Below, piece after piece: positions 18,934 through 28,222 of a stretch of 64,000 bases of DNA. Within the stretch, counting starts at the first letter, position 1, and every line of letters begins with the position of its first letter. This DNA comes from an uncultured Thermus sp. (GTDB taxonomy: Bacteria > Deinococcota > Deinococci > Deinococcales > Thermaceae): positions 1 to 64,000 of the forward strand of contig CAMTVD010000018.1 in the NCBI GenBank assembly GCA_947085095.1, in the 5' to 3' direction. Below the pieces are notes generated by a model. It had not been told where the DNA came from and made no database searches. It saw only the letters and a list, made by a program, of their open reading frames with translations. Made by a program: the position numbers and the translations under genes.

Positions 18934-20520
18934 ATGTGGTGGAAAGAGGCGGTCATCTACCAGATCTATCCCCGGAGCTTCCAGGACACGAACGGCGACG
19001 GCATCGGGGACCTCCCCGGGGTGCGGCAAAGGCTTCCCTACCTCAAGGCCTTGGGGGTGGACGCCCTCTGGCTTTCCCCCTTCTACAAAAGCCCCATGAA
19101 GGACTTCGGCTACGACGTGGCCGACTACACGGAGGTGGACCCCATCTTCGGCACCCTCGAGGACTTCCAGGCCCTCCTCGCCGAGGCCCACGCCCTGGGG
19201 CTCAGGGTCCTCATAGACCTGGTCCCCAACCACACCTCGGACCAGCACCCCTGGTTCTTGGAGTCCCGCTCCTCCCGGCATAGCCCCAAGCGGAACTGGT
19301 ACGTCTGGGCGGACCCGGGGCCCGATGGCGGCCCCCCCAACAACTGGCAGAGCTTCTTCGGTGGCCCCGCCTGGACCCTGGACGAGAGGACGGGCCAGTA
19401 CTACCTCCACCTGTTCCTCCCCGAGCAGCCCGACCTCAACTGGCGCAACCCCGAGGTGCGGGAGGCCATCCACGAGGCCATGCGCTTCTGGCTCCGCCTG
19501 GGGGTGGACGGCTTCCGGGTGGATGTCCTCTGGCTTCTCGCCGAGGACCTTCTCCTCCGGGACGAGCCCGGTAGCCCCGACTGGCGGCCCGGGATGTGGG
19601 ACCGGGGGCGGCACCTCCACATCCACACGGAGGACCAGCCCGAGACCCACGCCTACGTGCGGGAGATGCGCTACGTGCTGGACGAGTTTTCCCAGCCTGG
19701 GCGGGAGCGGGTCATGGTGGGGGAGATCTACCTGCCCTTCCCCCAGCTGGTGCGCTACTACCAGGCGGGGTGCCACCTGCCCTTCAACTTCCACCTCATC
19801 TTCCGGGGGCTTCCCGACTGGCGCCCCGAGAACCTCTCCCGCATCGTGGAGGAGTACGAGAGCCTCCTCACCCCCTGGGACTGGCCCAACTGGGTCCTGG
19901 GCAACCACGACCAGCCCCGGCTCGCCTCCCGCCTGGGGGAGGCCCAGGCCCGGGTGGCGGCCATGCTCCTCTTCACCCTGAGGGGCACCCCCACCTGGTA
20001 CTACGGGGACGAGATCGGGATGGTAAACGGGGAGATTCCTTGGGAAAGGGTCCAGGACCCCGCCGCCCTTAGGCAGAAGGGCCGCCTGGCGGAGCATGGC
20101 CTGCCCCCAGGCCGCGATCCCGAGCGCACCCCCATGCAGTGGGACGCCTCCCCCTACGCCGGGTTTTCCACGGTGGAGCCCTGGCTTCCCGTGAACCCCG
20201 ACTACCCTCATCGGAACGTGGCCCTTCAGGAGCAGGACCCCCGGTCCATGCTAAGCCTGGTGAAGCGCCTCATCGCCCTGAGGAAGGACCCCGGGCTTCT
20301 TTACGGGGCCTACCGCACCTTTTGGGCCCAGGGGGGGATCTACGCCTACCTCCGGGGCGAGGGCTGGCTCGTGGTCCTGAACCTCACCGACAGGGAGCGG
20401 GTCCTGGAGCTCCCCAGGGGAGGGCGGGTGGTCCTCTCCACCCACCTGGACCGGGAGGAGGGGGTGGGGGAGAGGCTTCTCTTAAGACCCGACGAGGGCG
20501 TGGTGGTCCGGCTAGACTAG
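18934..20520 (+). CDS. GH13 alpha-glucosidase/oligo-1,6-glucosidase
   Basis: YQIYPRSFQD, DLVPNH, GVDGFRVD, GNHD. Confidence 0.93.
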   Translation: MWWKEAVIYQIYPRSFQDTNGDGIGDLPGVRQRLPYLKALGVDALWLSPFYKSPMKDFGYDVADYTEVDPIFGTLEDFQALLAEAHALGLRVLIDLVPNHTSDQHPWFLESRSSRHSPKRNWYVWADPGPDGGPPNNWQSFFGGPAWTLDERTGQYYLHLFLPEQPDLNWRNPEVREAIHEAMRFWLRLGVDGFRVDVLWLLAEDLLLRDEPGSPDWRPGMWDRGRHLHIHTEDQPETHAYVREMRYVLDEFSQPGRERVMVGEIYLPFPQLVRYYQAGCHLPFNFHLIFRGLPDWRPENLSRIVEEYESLLTPWDWPNWVLGNHDQPRLASRLGEAQARVAAMLLFTLRGTPTWYYGDEIGMVNGEIPWERVQDPAALRQKGRLAEHGLPPGRDPERTPMQWDASPYAGFSTVEPWLPVNPDYPHRNVALQEQDPRSMLSLVKRLIALRKDPGLLYGAYRTFWAQGGIYAYLRGEGWLVVLNLTDRERVLELPRGGRVVLSTHLDREEGVGERLLLRPDEGVVVRLD

Positions 20521-20524
20521 GGGC

Positions 20525-21163
20525 GTGGACCCCTTCGCCCCCCTCGCCGAGGCCTACGAGGCCTGGTACGAAACCCCTTTGGGGGCCTTCGTGGTCGCCG
20601 AGGAGGAAAGGGCCCTTCTGAGCCTCCTCCCCCCGGGGGAAAGCCTCCTGGAGGTGGGGGCGGGGACGGGGTACTGGCTTAGGCGCCTCCCCTACCCGAA
20701 GAAGGTGGGCCTCGAGCCCTCGGAGGCCATGCGAAGCCTGGGCCAGGCCCGGGTGCCCGGGGCGGTCTGGGTGGCGGGCCGGGGGGAGGAGTTGCCCTTT
20801 TCCGATGGCGTCTTTGACCTGGTCCTCCTCTTCACCGTGCTGGAGTTCGTGGGGGACGTGGAGAAGACCCTTTCCGAGGCCAGGAGGGTCCTGAAGCCAG
20901 GAGGGGCCCTCCTCGTGGGCGTTTTGGAGGCCCTTTCCCCCTGGGCCGCCCTCTACCGGAGGCTTGGGGAGAAGGGGGTCCTCCCCTGGACCCAGGCCCG
21001 CTTCCTCTCCCGGGAGGACCTCCTTGCCCTCCTGGGGCCTCCGGAAGCGGAGGCGGGGGCGGTCCACCTGGCCCCGGAGGCCGCCCCGCCCTTCCCCGAG
21101 GCCGAGGCCGCGGGGAGGCGGGCGGGGAACCGTCCCGCCCTATACTTGGGAAGATGGCGGTGA
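20525..21163 (+). CDS. Class I SAM-dependent methyltransferase
   Basis: LLEVGAGTG, LPFSDGVFDLV, RVLKPGG. Confidence 0.88.
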   Translation: MDPFAPLAEAYEAWYETPLGAFVVAEEERALLSLLPPGESLLEVGAGTGYWLRRLPYPKKVGLEPSEAMRSLGQARVPGAVWVAGRGEELPFSDGVFDLVLLFTVLEFVGDVEKTLSEARRVLKPGGALLVGVLEALSPWAALYRRLGEKGVLPWTQARFLSREDLLALLGPPEAEAGAVHLAPEAAPPFPEAEAAGRRAGNRPALYLGRWR

Positions 21164-21903
21164 AGGCCCTCTTCGCCCTCTACCCCCTCCTCCAGGGGGA
21201 CTACAAGGCGGTGGAGAAGGCCCTTTTGGCCTTAGAGGGAAGCGGGCTAGACTACCGGGTCTTTCCCACCCACTCGGAGCTTTCCGGCGAGGAGGAGGGG
21301 GTCTTCCAGGCCCTGAAGGAAGCTTTTCTTTCGGCCTCGGAGGAGGGGGGCCTGGTCATGTGGGCCCTCCTCACCAACGCCTGCGCCCCCCAGGACCCCT
21401 TCCGCAAGGAGGACCGCCTAGGGCGCTTTCCCCCCTTGGAGATCGCCAAAAGGGCCCTCGAGGGCCTGGCGGCAAAAAGCGTCCTGGACATCGGCACCGG
21501 GACCGGGGTCTTCGCCGAGGCCTTCGCCGGGCTCGGGCTTTTCGCCGTGGGGGTGGACCCCCGGGCGGACCGGTTGGAGGTGGCTCGGGCCAGGGTGCGG
21601 GGGGCCCGCTTCCTGGAGGCCAGGGCGGAAAGCCTTCCCTTTCCCGACGGGAGCTTTGACCTGGCCTTCTTCGGCCTCTCCCTCCACCACCTGGAGGTGG
21701 AAAAGGCCCTGAAGGAGGCGGCCCGGGTGGCCCGGCGGGTGGCCGTGCTGGAGTGGCCCTATAGGGAGGAGGAGGTGGGGCCTCCCTTGGTGAGAAGGAT
21801 TTCCCCGGAAGCCCTGAACGCCCTCTTCCTGGAGGCCCTGGGAAGCCCGCCCCGCTTCCTCTTGGAAGAGGGCTACGTCCTCGCCCTCTGGGATAAAACC
21901 TAG
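21154..21903 (+). CDS. YkoF/thiamine-binding-like domain fused to a class I methyltransferase
   Basis: N-terminal ALYPL...VFQALKEAF...VM..LLTNAC; C-terminal VLDIGTGTG, LPFPDGSFDL. Confidence 0.7.
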   Translation: MAVKALFALYPLLQGDYKAVEKALLALEGSGLDYRVFPTHSELSGEEEGVFQALKEAFLSASEEGGLVMWALLTNACAPQDPFRKEDRLGRFPPLEIAKRALEGLAAKSVLDIGTGTGVFAEAFAGLGLFAVGVDPRADRLEVARARVRGARFLEARAESLPFPDGSFDLAFFGLSLHHLEVEKALKEAARVARRVAVLEWPYREEEVGPPLVRRISPEALNALFLEALGSPPRFLLEEGYVLALWDKT

Positions 21904-21921
21904 GCCCCCCGGAGGGGGCCT
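21902..21921. terminator. Hairpin between the convergent methyltransferase and tRNA-Leu
   Basis: AGGCCCCC-CGGA-GGGGGCCT, followed by AGGTTTT on the - strand. Confidence 0.65.
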
Positions 21922-21923
21922 TC

Positions 21924-22011
21924 TGGTGCCGGGGGCGGGACTCGAACCCGCACGCCCGCAAAGGGCAGCAGATTTTGAGTCTGCCGCGTCTACCTGTTCC
22001 GCCACCCCGGC
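21924..22011 (-). tRNA. tRNA-Leu(CAA)
   Basis: GCCGGGGTGGCGGAA...GACTCAAAATC...long variable arm...GGTTCGAGTCC...CGGCACCA. Confidence 0.96.
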
Positions 22012-23321
22012 AGACGCACCCTAAGGATAAGGCCCAGGAGGAAGAAGGTCAACGCCACCCCCAAAGGCCAGTCCCCAAGGCGCACGTAGGGGGTTTCCCC
22101 CGCCCTTAGGGCGTAGGGGGCCAGGAGGAAGCCCTCCCGGTGCGGGGGGATGGCGGCCACCACCCTCCCGTAGGGATCTATGCTGGCGGTGATGCCGTCG
22201 TTTCCCGCCCGAAGGAGCCAGCGCCCCGTTTCCACCGCCCTTAGGCGGCCCAGGGCGAAGTGCTGCCTGCCGCCAAAGGAGGGGCCGTACCAGGCGTCGT
22301 TGGTGAGGAGGACCAGGACCTCTGCCCCCTCCCGCGCCAGGCCCCGGGCGGCGCTGGGAAAGACGGACTCGTAGCAGATCATCACCCCAAAGGGTCCCAG
22401 GGGCCTGAGTCCCTCTCCCGGAGTGCGGTCCAGCACCTCCCCCAGGCCCATGGCCCGGAAGAAGAAGGCGTAGACCCCCCCCAGGACTTCCCGGAAGGGG
22501 AAGCGCTCCCCAAAGGGCACCAGGCGGGTCTTATCGTAATGGGCGAGGATCTCCCCTCCTTGGGAGAGGACCGCCCGATTGGGGCCAAAGAGGTTGAGCC
22601 CGGTGAGGAGGGGGCGGCCTCCCAGAACCGCCTCCACCCCCTCGGGAATGCGCCAGACGGCGGTTTCCGGCCAGACCACCAGCTCCGCTTCCGGGTGGGC
22701 CCTAAGCCCCTCTTCCGTGAGCCGCAGGTAGACCGCCTCGTCCAGCTCTCCTTGGAACTTGCGCAGGGGGTTGATGTTTCCCTGGACCAGGAGGGCCTCC
22801 TCCTGGGGCCGGGCCTCGGGCAGGGGAAGGAGCCAGAGGAGGGCCCAGGGGAGGAGGAGGAACCACCGCCCTGCCGAAAAGCCCCAGGCGAAGAGGAGGA
22901 CCAGGAGGGAGAGGAGGTAGACCCCGCCCAGGGCGGCCAGGACCCTGCCCGGGGCCTCGAGGAGGGCGTAGCCCAGGAAGCCCCAGGGGAAGGCCAGGTC
23001 CCCCTGCTCCGTGAGCCACTCCAGGAGGACCCACCCCCCCACCCGGGCCAGGGGGGTGGGGGTGAGGGCGAAGAGGAGGCCGAAGGAGAGGGACTTGAGG
23101 AGGACCAGGGGGAAGAAGGGCACCGCCCCCCAGGGGCCGAAGTTCTCGGCGAAGCTCTGGGGGAGCCAGAGGAGGTGGAGGCTCCAGAACCCGAGGCCCG
23201 CCATGAGCCCCGTGCGGAAGCCTCCCCGCAGGAGGAAGGCCAGGACCAGGGGGGCGAGGAAGCCCAGGGGAAGGGGGGGGAGGGTGAGGGCGAGGAGGAG
23301 GCCGAGGAGGAGGGGCCGCAC
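21990..23321 (-). CDS. lnt: Apolipoprotein N-acyltransferase
   Basis: Multi-TM N-terminus; FPW, VQGNI, WPE, YDK.RLVPFGE, ICYE, TNDAWY, RAVE. Confidence 0.95.
   Translation of the reverse strand: MRPLLLGLLLALTLPPLPLGFLAPLVLAFLLRGGFRTGLMAGLGFWSLHLLWLPQSFAENFGPWGAVPFFPLVLLKSLSFGLLFALTPTPLARVGGWVLLEWLTEQGDLAFPWGFLGYALLEAPGRVLAALGGVYLLSLLVLLFAWGFSAGRWFLLLPWALLWLLPLPEARPQEEALLVQGNINPLRKFQGELDEAVYLRLTEEGLRAHPEAELVVWPETAVWRIPEGVEAVLGGRPLLTGLNLFGPNRAVLSQGGEILAHYDKTRLVPFGERFPFREVLGGVYAFFFRAMGLGEVLDRTPGEGLRPLGPFGVMICYESVFPSAARGLAREGAEVLVLLTNDAWYGPSFGGRQHFALGRLRAVETGRWLLRAGNDGITASIDPYGRVVAAIPPHREGFLLAPYALRAGETPYVRLGDWPLGVALTFFLLGLILRVRLPGWRNR
22024..22052 (-). promoter_or_regulatory. tRNA-Leu promoter embedded in the lnt coding sequence
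   Basis: TTGACC-N17-TATCCT, 12 nt upstream of the tRNA 5' end. Confidence 0.65.
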
Positions 23322-23389
23322 CCTTTCAACATACGGGCTTCCCGCGAAGGTTTCATGGGGTTTTGGTGGGTAGGGTGGAAAATGGGGGC

Positions 23390-24094
23390 ATGCGCCTAGG
23401 GGTGATCTCCGATATCCACGCCAACCTCCCCGCCCTGGAGGCGGCCCTCGAGGCCCTCCGGAGAGAGGGGGTGGACGAGGTCCTGGTCCTGGGGGACCTG
23501 GTGGGCTATGGGCCCCATCCCAAGCAGGTGATCCGCAAGGTTTGGCAGGAAGGGCTTCCCGCCATCGCCGGGGCCTGGGACCTCAGGGTGGCCTACCCCC
23601 TGCCCGGCGCCCTGCCCGAGGGGGTGGGGAAGGCCACCCTGGAGTGGACCCGGGGCCAGCTTTCCGAGAAGGAGCTCGCCTACCTCCGCTCCATGCGCCT
23701 TTCCCACCGCAAGGCTTACGGGGAGAGGCGGCTTGTGGCCTTCCACGGCAAGCCCGGTAATCCCGAGGAGCAGCCCGACCTTCTGGGCCCCGCCAATGGG
23801 TTTTTGCACCTCCTGGTCCGCTACGGGGCGGGGATTCTCCTCCTCGGGGGGCGGCACCTGCCCCTGGCCCGACAGGTGGGGATGGGGCTTCTGGCCGACC
23901 CGGGGAGCGTGGGGCTAAGCCTCTCGGGGGAGCCCGGGGCCGATGCCCTCATCCTGGACACGGACACCCTCGAGGCCCGCTTCCTCAAGGTGCCCTACGA
24001 CCTGGGCCCCCTCCTCTTTGACCTGAAGGCCTGGGGCCTTCCCCCCGTTTTGGAAAGGGTCTACCGCACCGGGCGCTTCCCCAAGCAGGGCTAG
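23390..24094 (+). CDS. Calcineurin-like metallophosphoesterase (divergent motifs)
   Basis: SDIHAN, GDLVGYG, DPGSVG. Confidence 0.8.
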   Translation: MRLGVISDIHANLPALEAALEALRREGVDEVLVLGDLVGYGPHPKQVIRKVWQEGLPAIAGAWDLRVAYPLPGALPEGVGKATLEWTRGQLSEKELAYLRSMRLSHRKAYGERRLVAFHGKPGNPEEQPDLLGPANGFLHLLVRYGAGILLLGGRHLPLARQVGMGLLADPGSVGLSLSGEPGADALILDTDTLEARFLKVPYDLGPLLFDLKAWGLPPVLERVYRTGRFPKQG

Positions 24095-25144
24095 GGCCTC
24101 ATTGGCGATGTGGGGGTCGGGGTCCTTTAGGAAGGCCTCCACCCTCTTCCCCAGGCGGAAGAGGGCGTGGAGGGCGGTGCGCCGCACCAGGGGGCTTGGG
24201 TCCTGGGCCGCCGCCGCCATCAGGGCCTCCCCCAGACCCAGGTTGCTCAAGACGATGAGGGCGTTCCGGGCCATGCGGGCCCGTCCCGGACGCAGAAAGA
24301 CGGTGCCCGCGTACTTCCTTCCGAAGGCCCGCCCCGAGAGGCGGAAGAAGTCCCATAGGTCCGGGTGGGCCAGCTCCGGCTCCGGCCTAAACCCCGGCCA
24401 CACCTTGCCAAAGCGGGTCCAGGGGCAGGCCTCCTGGCAGAGGTCGCAGCCAAAAAGCCAGTTTCCCATCCTTGGCCAGAGGCCTGGGGGGATGAAGCCC
24501 CTTTCCTCAATGGTCAGGTAGCTTATGCAGAGGCGAGCGTCCAGGGTGCCGTCCCCGAGGAGGGCCCCCGTGGGGCAGGCGGGGAGGCAGCGGGCGCAAC
24601 GCCCGCACCGGGAGGGGTGGAGGGGAGGGGGTTCCACCTCTATGGAGGTGAGGAGGACCCCTATAAAGGCGTGGACCCCGAAGGCCTGGGAGAGGAACAT
24701 GCCGCTTTTTCCCACCCAGCCTGCCCCGGAGAGCACCGCCAGGGAGCGCTCGGGAAGGGGCCCGTGGTCCACGTAGCCCCTGGCCTCCACCCCCAGGCCC
24801 CGGGCCACCCCCTCCAGGGCCCGGAGGGCCTCCCCCAGGAGGAGGTGGTAGTCCCGCGCCCAGGCGTAGCGGGCCACAAGGCCCACCCGGAGGCCCCCTG
24901 GGGGCTTCCCGGGGTCCTCGTGGGCGTAGGGAGCGAAGAGGAGGAGGGCGCTTTTGGCCCAGGGGAAGCGCCTCCCGGGCCGGAAGCGCTCCTCCGGGTC
25001 CCTCTCCAGGTAGGCCATGCCCCCGTGCCGCCCCGCTTCCAGCCAGGCCAGGAAGCGCCCCTGGGCCGCCTCGAGGGGGTCCAGGGGGGCCCAGGCGGTG
25101 AGAAGGCCCCTTTCCCTGGCGGCTTCCTCTAGGAGGTCCTTCAT
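23915..25144 (-). CDS. queG: Epoxyqueuosine reductase
   Basis: ARYAWARDYH, VDHGP, CGRCARCLPACP, CISYLTIE, FGCDLCQEACPW. Confidence 0.93.
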   Translation of the reverse strand: MKDLLEEAARERGLLTAWAPLDPLEAAQGRFLAWLEAGRHGGMAYLERDPEERFRPGRRFPWAKSALLLFAPYAHEDPGKPPGGLRVGLVARYAWARDYHLLLGEALRALEGVARGLGVEARGYVDHGPLPERSLAVLSGAGWVGKSGMFLSQAFGVHAFIGVLLTSIEVEPPPLHPSRCGRCARCLPACPTGALLGDGTLDARLCISYLTIEERGFIPPGLWPRMGNWLFGCDLCQEACPWTRFGKVWPGFRPEPELAHPDLWDFFRLSGRAFGRKYAGTVFLRPGRARMARNALIVLSNLGLGEALMAAAAQDPSPLVRRTALHALFRLGKRVEAFLKDPDPHIANEALALLGEAPGAVDPFQNGGKAPGLQVKEEGAQVVGHLEEAGLEGVRVQDEGIGPGLPREA

Positions 25145-25178
25145 TCCCCTATAGTTTAGGGGCCGATATAATCCCCCC

Positions 25179-26177
25179 ATGGAGCCCTTGAAGATCGCCC
25201 TCCTGGGCGGGGGAACGGTGGGGAGCGCCTTCTATAGCCTGGTCCTGGAGCGGCAGGGGGACCTGGCTGCCCTGGGCGTTATCCCCCGGTTTTTGGGGGT
25301 CCTGGTGCGGGACAAGGCGAGGCCCAGGCCCATCCCCGAGGAGCTTCTCCGCACGGAGCCCTTTGACCTCCTGGAGGCCGATCTGGTGGTGGAGGCCCTG
25401 GGCGGGGTGGAGACCCCCCTCGGGCTCGTCCTTCCCGCCCTAAAGGCGGGCATCCCCCTCATCACCGCCAACAAGGCCCTTCTGGCCGAGGCCTGGGAGA
25501 GGCTCAGGCCCTTCGCCGAGGAAGGCCTCATCTACCACGAGGCCAGCGTGATGGCGGGCACCCCGGCCCTCTCCTTTTTGGAAACCCTTAGGGGAAGCGA
25601 GCTCTTGGAGCTCCACGGCATCCTGAACGGCACCACCCTCTACATCCTCCAGGAGATGGAGAAGGGCAGGACCTACGGGGAGGCCCTGGCTCAGGCCCAG
25701 CGCCTGGGCTACGCCGAGGCCGACCCCACCCTGGACGTGGAGGGGATAGACGCCGCCCACAAGCTCACCCTCCTGGCCCGTATCCTGGTGGACCCGGGCT
25801 TTCCCTTCGCCCGGGTGGAGGCCAAGGGCATCCGGAACCTCACCCCAGAGGCCCTGAAAGAGGCGGAGGCGGGGGGGGAGAAGGTGCGCCTGGTGGCGAG
25901 CCTCTACGGGGAAAAGGGGGAATGGCGGGCCCGGGTGGTCCCCGTGCGCCTGCCCCAGGACCACCCCCTGGCCCGGGCCCGGGGGAACGCCATCTGGGCG
26001 CACACCGCGCCTTTGGGGGAGGTCTTCGTCACCGGCCCCGGGGCGGGGGGTGGGGCCACGGCCAGCGGCCTTTTCGCCGACCTCCTCCGCTTCCTCTCCG
26101 GAGCCCCGGGCCACCTGCCCGCTTCCCGCAAGAAGGCCCCGCCCTCGGAGGGCGCTCCCTTCCCTGAGGTGGCCTGA
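25179..26177 (+). CDS. hom: Homoserine dehydrogenase
   Basis: [43 protein letters not shown]. Confidence 0.95.
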   Translation: MEPLKIALLGGGTVGSAFYSLVLERQGDLAALGVIPRFLGVLVRDKARPRPIPEELLRTEPFDLLEADLVVEALGGVETPLGLVLPALKAGIPLITANKALLAEAWERLRPFAEEGLIYHEASVMAGTPALSFLETLRGSELLELHGILNGTTLYILQEMEKGRTYGEALAQAQRLGYAEADPTLDVEGIDAAHKLTLLARILVDPGFPFARVEAKGIRNLTPEALKEAEAGGEKVRLVASLYGEKGEWRARVVPVRLPQDHPLARARGNAIWAHTAPLGEVFVTGPGAGGGATASGLFADLLRFLSGAPGHLPASRKKAPPSEGAPFPEVA

Positions 26178-26232
26178 GGCCAGCCTCCTCCTGACCCTTG
26201 ACCCTTGGCCCGTTATCCCCGAGCATATCCTC

Positions 26233-27288
26233 ATGCGCCTGCCCCTCATAGAGCGCTACCGCGCCCTCCTGCCGGTGTCTTTGGACACCCCGGTGGTCTC
26301 CCTCCTCGAGGGCTCCACCCCCCTCATCCCCCTGAAGGGCCCCGAGGAGGCCAGAAGGCAGGGGATCCGGCTCTACGCCAAGTACGAGGGCCTGAACCCC
26401 ACGGGAAGCTTCAAGGACCGGGGGATGACCCTGGCGGTATCCAAGGCGGTGGAGGAGGGGGCGAAGGCGGTGGCCTGTGCCAGCACGGGGAACACCGCCG
26501 CCTCCGCCGCCGCCTACGCCGCCCGGGCGGGGGTCCTCTCCATCGTCCTCCTGCCCGCGGGGTACGTGGCCGTGGGCAAGGTGGCCCAGAGCCTCATCCA
26601 CGGGGCCAGGATCGTCCAGGTGGAGGGGAACTTTGACGATGCCCTCCGCCTCACCCAAAAGCTCACGGAGCGGTTTCCCGTGGCCCTGGTGAACTCCCTC
26701 AACCCCTACCGCCTCCAGGGCCAGAAGACCCTGGCCTTTGAGGTGGTGGACGAGCTGGGGGACGCACCCCATTACCACGCCCTGCCCGTGGGCAACGCGG
26801 GGAACATCACCGCCCACTGGATGGGCTACAAGGAGTACTTCGCCCTGGGGAAGGCCAAAAGGCTCCCCCGGATGCTGGGCTTCCAGGCGGCGGGGGCCGC
26901 CCCCCTGGTCCTGGGGCACCCGGTGGAAAGGCCCGAGACCATCGCCACCGCCATCCGCATCGGCAACCCCGCGAGCTGGGAGGGGGCCATGCGGGCCAAG
27001 GAGGAGTCGGGCGGCCTGATAGAGGCTGTCAGCGACGAGGAGATCCTGGCGGCCTACCGCTATTTGGCCCAGGAGGAGGGGATCTTCGTGGAGCCCGCCA
27101 GCGCCGCCAGTTTGGCGGGGGTGTGGCGGCTTCTTAGGGAGGAGCGCCTGGAGAGGGGAAGCACCCTCGTCCTCACCCTCACCGGCCACGGCCTCAAGGA
27201 CCCCGCCACCGCCGAGAGGGTGGCCAGGCTTCCTTCCCCGGTTCCCGCCACCCTCGAGGCGGTGGCCCAGGCCTCGGGCCTCCTGTGA
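26233..27288 (+). CDS. thrC: Threonine synthase
   Basis: [37 protein letters not shown]; start at ATG 26233. Confidence 0.96.
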   Translation: MRLPLIERYRALLPVSLDTPVVSLLEGSTPLIPLKGPEEARRQGIRLYAKYEGLNPTGSFKDRGMTLAVSKAVEEGAKAVACASTGNTAASAAAYAARAGVLSIVLLPAGYVAVGKVAQSLIHGARIVQVEGNFDDALRLTQKLTERFPVALVNSLNPYRLQGQKTLAFEVVDELGDAPHYHALPVGNAGNITAHWMGYKEYFALGKAKRLPRMLGFQAAGAAPLVLGHPVERPETIATAIRIGNPASWEGAMRAKEESGGLIEAVSDEEILAAYRYLAQEEGIFVEPASAASLAGVWRLLREERLERGSTLVLTLTGHGLKDPATAERVARLPSPVPATLEAVAQASGLL

Positions 27289-27300
27289 TAAGCTTGGGCC

Positions 27301-27615
27301 ATGTCCGAGGCCAAGGATACCCACAAGAAGCGCAAAGAGCCTTTCCCGGGGGCTTACTACCTGGCTGGGGCCATCACCATCGGCCTCATGCTCCTCTTCC
27401 TGGCCCTGGGGGCGAGCCTGCCCCCGGGGGTGGCGGGGTTTCTGGTGGCCTTCGTCCTGGGCCTCACCGTGAACCCCAAGTACGTGCCCTTTTTCTTGGT
27501 GGCCGGCATTTTCTCCGCGGCCATGGGCTTTCTCGGCCGGGAGCCCCAGGTGGCCTGGGGAGGGGTGGCCCTGGTCCTCTCCCAGCTTCTGGTGGCCCGT
27601 TTCGTGAAGGGCTGA
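27301..27615 (+). CDS. Hypothetical small membrane protein
   Basis: 104 aa, 3-4 hydrophobic segments, host-like codon use. Confidence 0.7.
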   Translation: MSEAKDTHKKRKEPFPGAYYLAGAITIGLMLLFLALGASLPPGVAGFLVAFVLGLTVNPKYVPFFLVAGIFSAAMGFLGREPQVAWGGVALVLSQLLVARFVKG

Positions 27616-27911
27616 TGGACCCGAACCGTCTGTCCCAAGCCCTTTCCCTCTTGGGCGTGGCCCTTTACGCCCACTTCCTCTGGTTCCGCCCCAGCCAGGA
27701 GGGGATCGCCCTGGCCCTGGGCCTGGCCCTGGGGGGGGCCTCCTTGGCTTATGGGGAGAGGCCTTTTCCCGTCCCCTTCTTCCTCGTGCTTTTCGCCCTT
27801 CTTCTCGCCTTGCAACTCTACTTCGGCCACCCCCTCTTCTTCCTCCTGGGGGGCCTCCTCGGGGTGGGGCTTCCCTACCTGGCCTACCGTTTGCGGAAGC
27901 CCGCCAAGTAA
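27615..27911 (+). CDS. Hypothetical small membrane protein
   Basis: MDPNRLSQALSLLG..., TGATG-coupled to the previous gene, about 4 TM segments. Confidence 0.7.
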   Translation: MDPNRLSQALSLLGVALYAHFLWFRPSQEGIALALGLALGGASLAYGERPFPVPFFLVLFALLLALQLYFGHPLFFLLGGLLGVGLPYLAYRLRKPAK

Positions 27912-28222
27912 AGGAGGGCTCCCAAGAGCATCCCCTCCCCCAGGGCGGGGAGGTAGAAGGCGAACTCGCGCAGGTCCAGGCGCAGGTAGAGGAGGAGGGG
28001 CCAGGGGGTAAGGGTCCAGGCCAGGGCGGGGTGGCTGTACCCCACCGCCAAGAAGAACCCTGCTCCCAGGCCCTTCAGGTAGGCCAGCCAGCCCGAGCCC
28101 CACTCATTCTGGTAGATGAACCAGAGGAGGTTGAGCCATACCCCCAGGGCGAAGAGGGGAAGGCGCTTTTCCATGCGGAAGGCCAGGGCGAGGAGGAGGA
28201 GAAAGCCCAAGGCTTCAAGCAC
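27884..28222 (-). CDS. Hypothetical membrane protein
   Basis: 112 aa, hydrophobic, overlaps the stop of the upstream kinase. Confidence 0.7.
   Translation of the reverse strand: MLEALGFLLLLALAFRMEKRLPLFALGVWLNLLWFIYQNEWGSGWLAYLKGLGAGFFLAVGYSHPALAWTLTPWPLLLYLRLDLREFAFYLPALGEGMLLGALLYLAGFRKR

Noticed and set aside
20500..21160. TPP riboswitch near the YkoF-like fusion
   Set aside because: There is no intergenic space and no TPP aptamer consensus was recognised.
22850..23320. Purine-rich GGAGGAGG/GAAG low-complexity tracts
   Set aside because: These are the antisense of Leu/Phe/Pro codons in Lnt transmembrane helices, not a repeat element.
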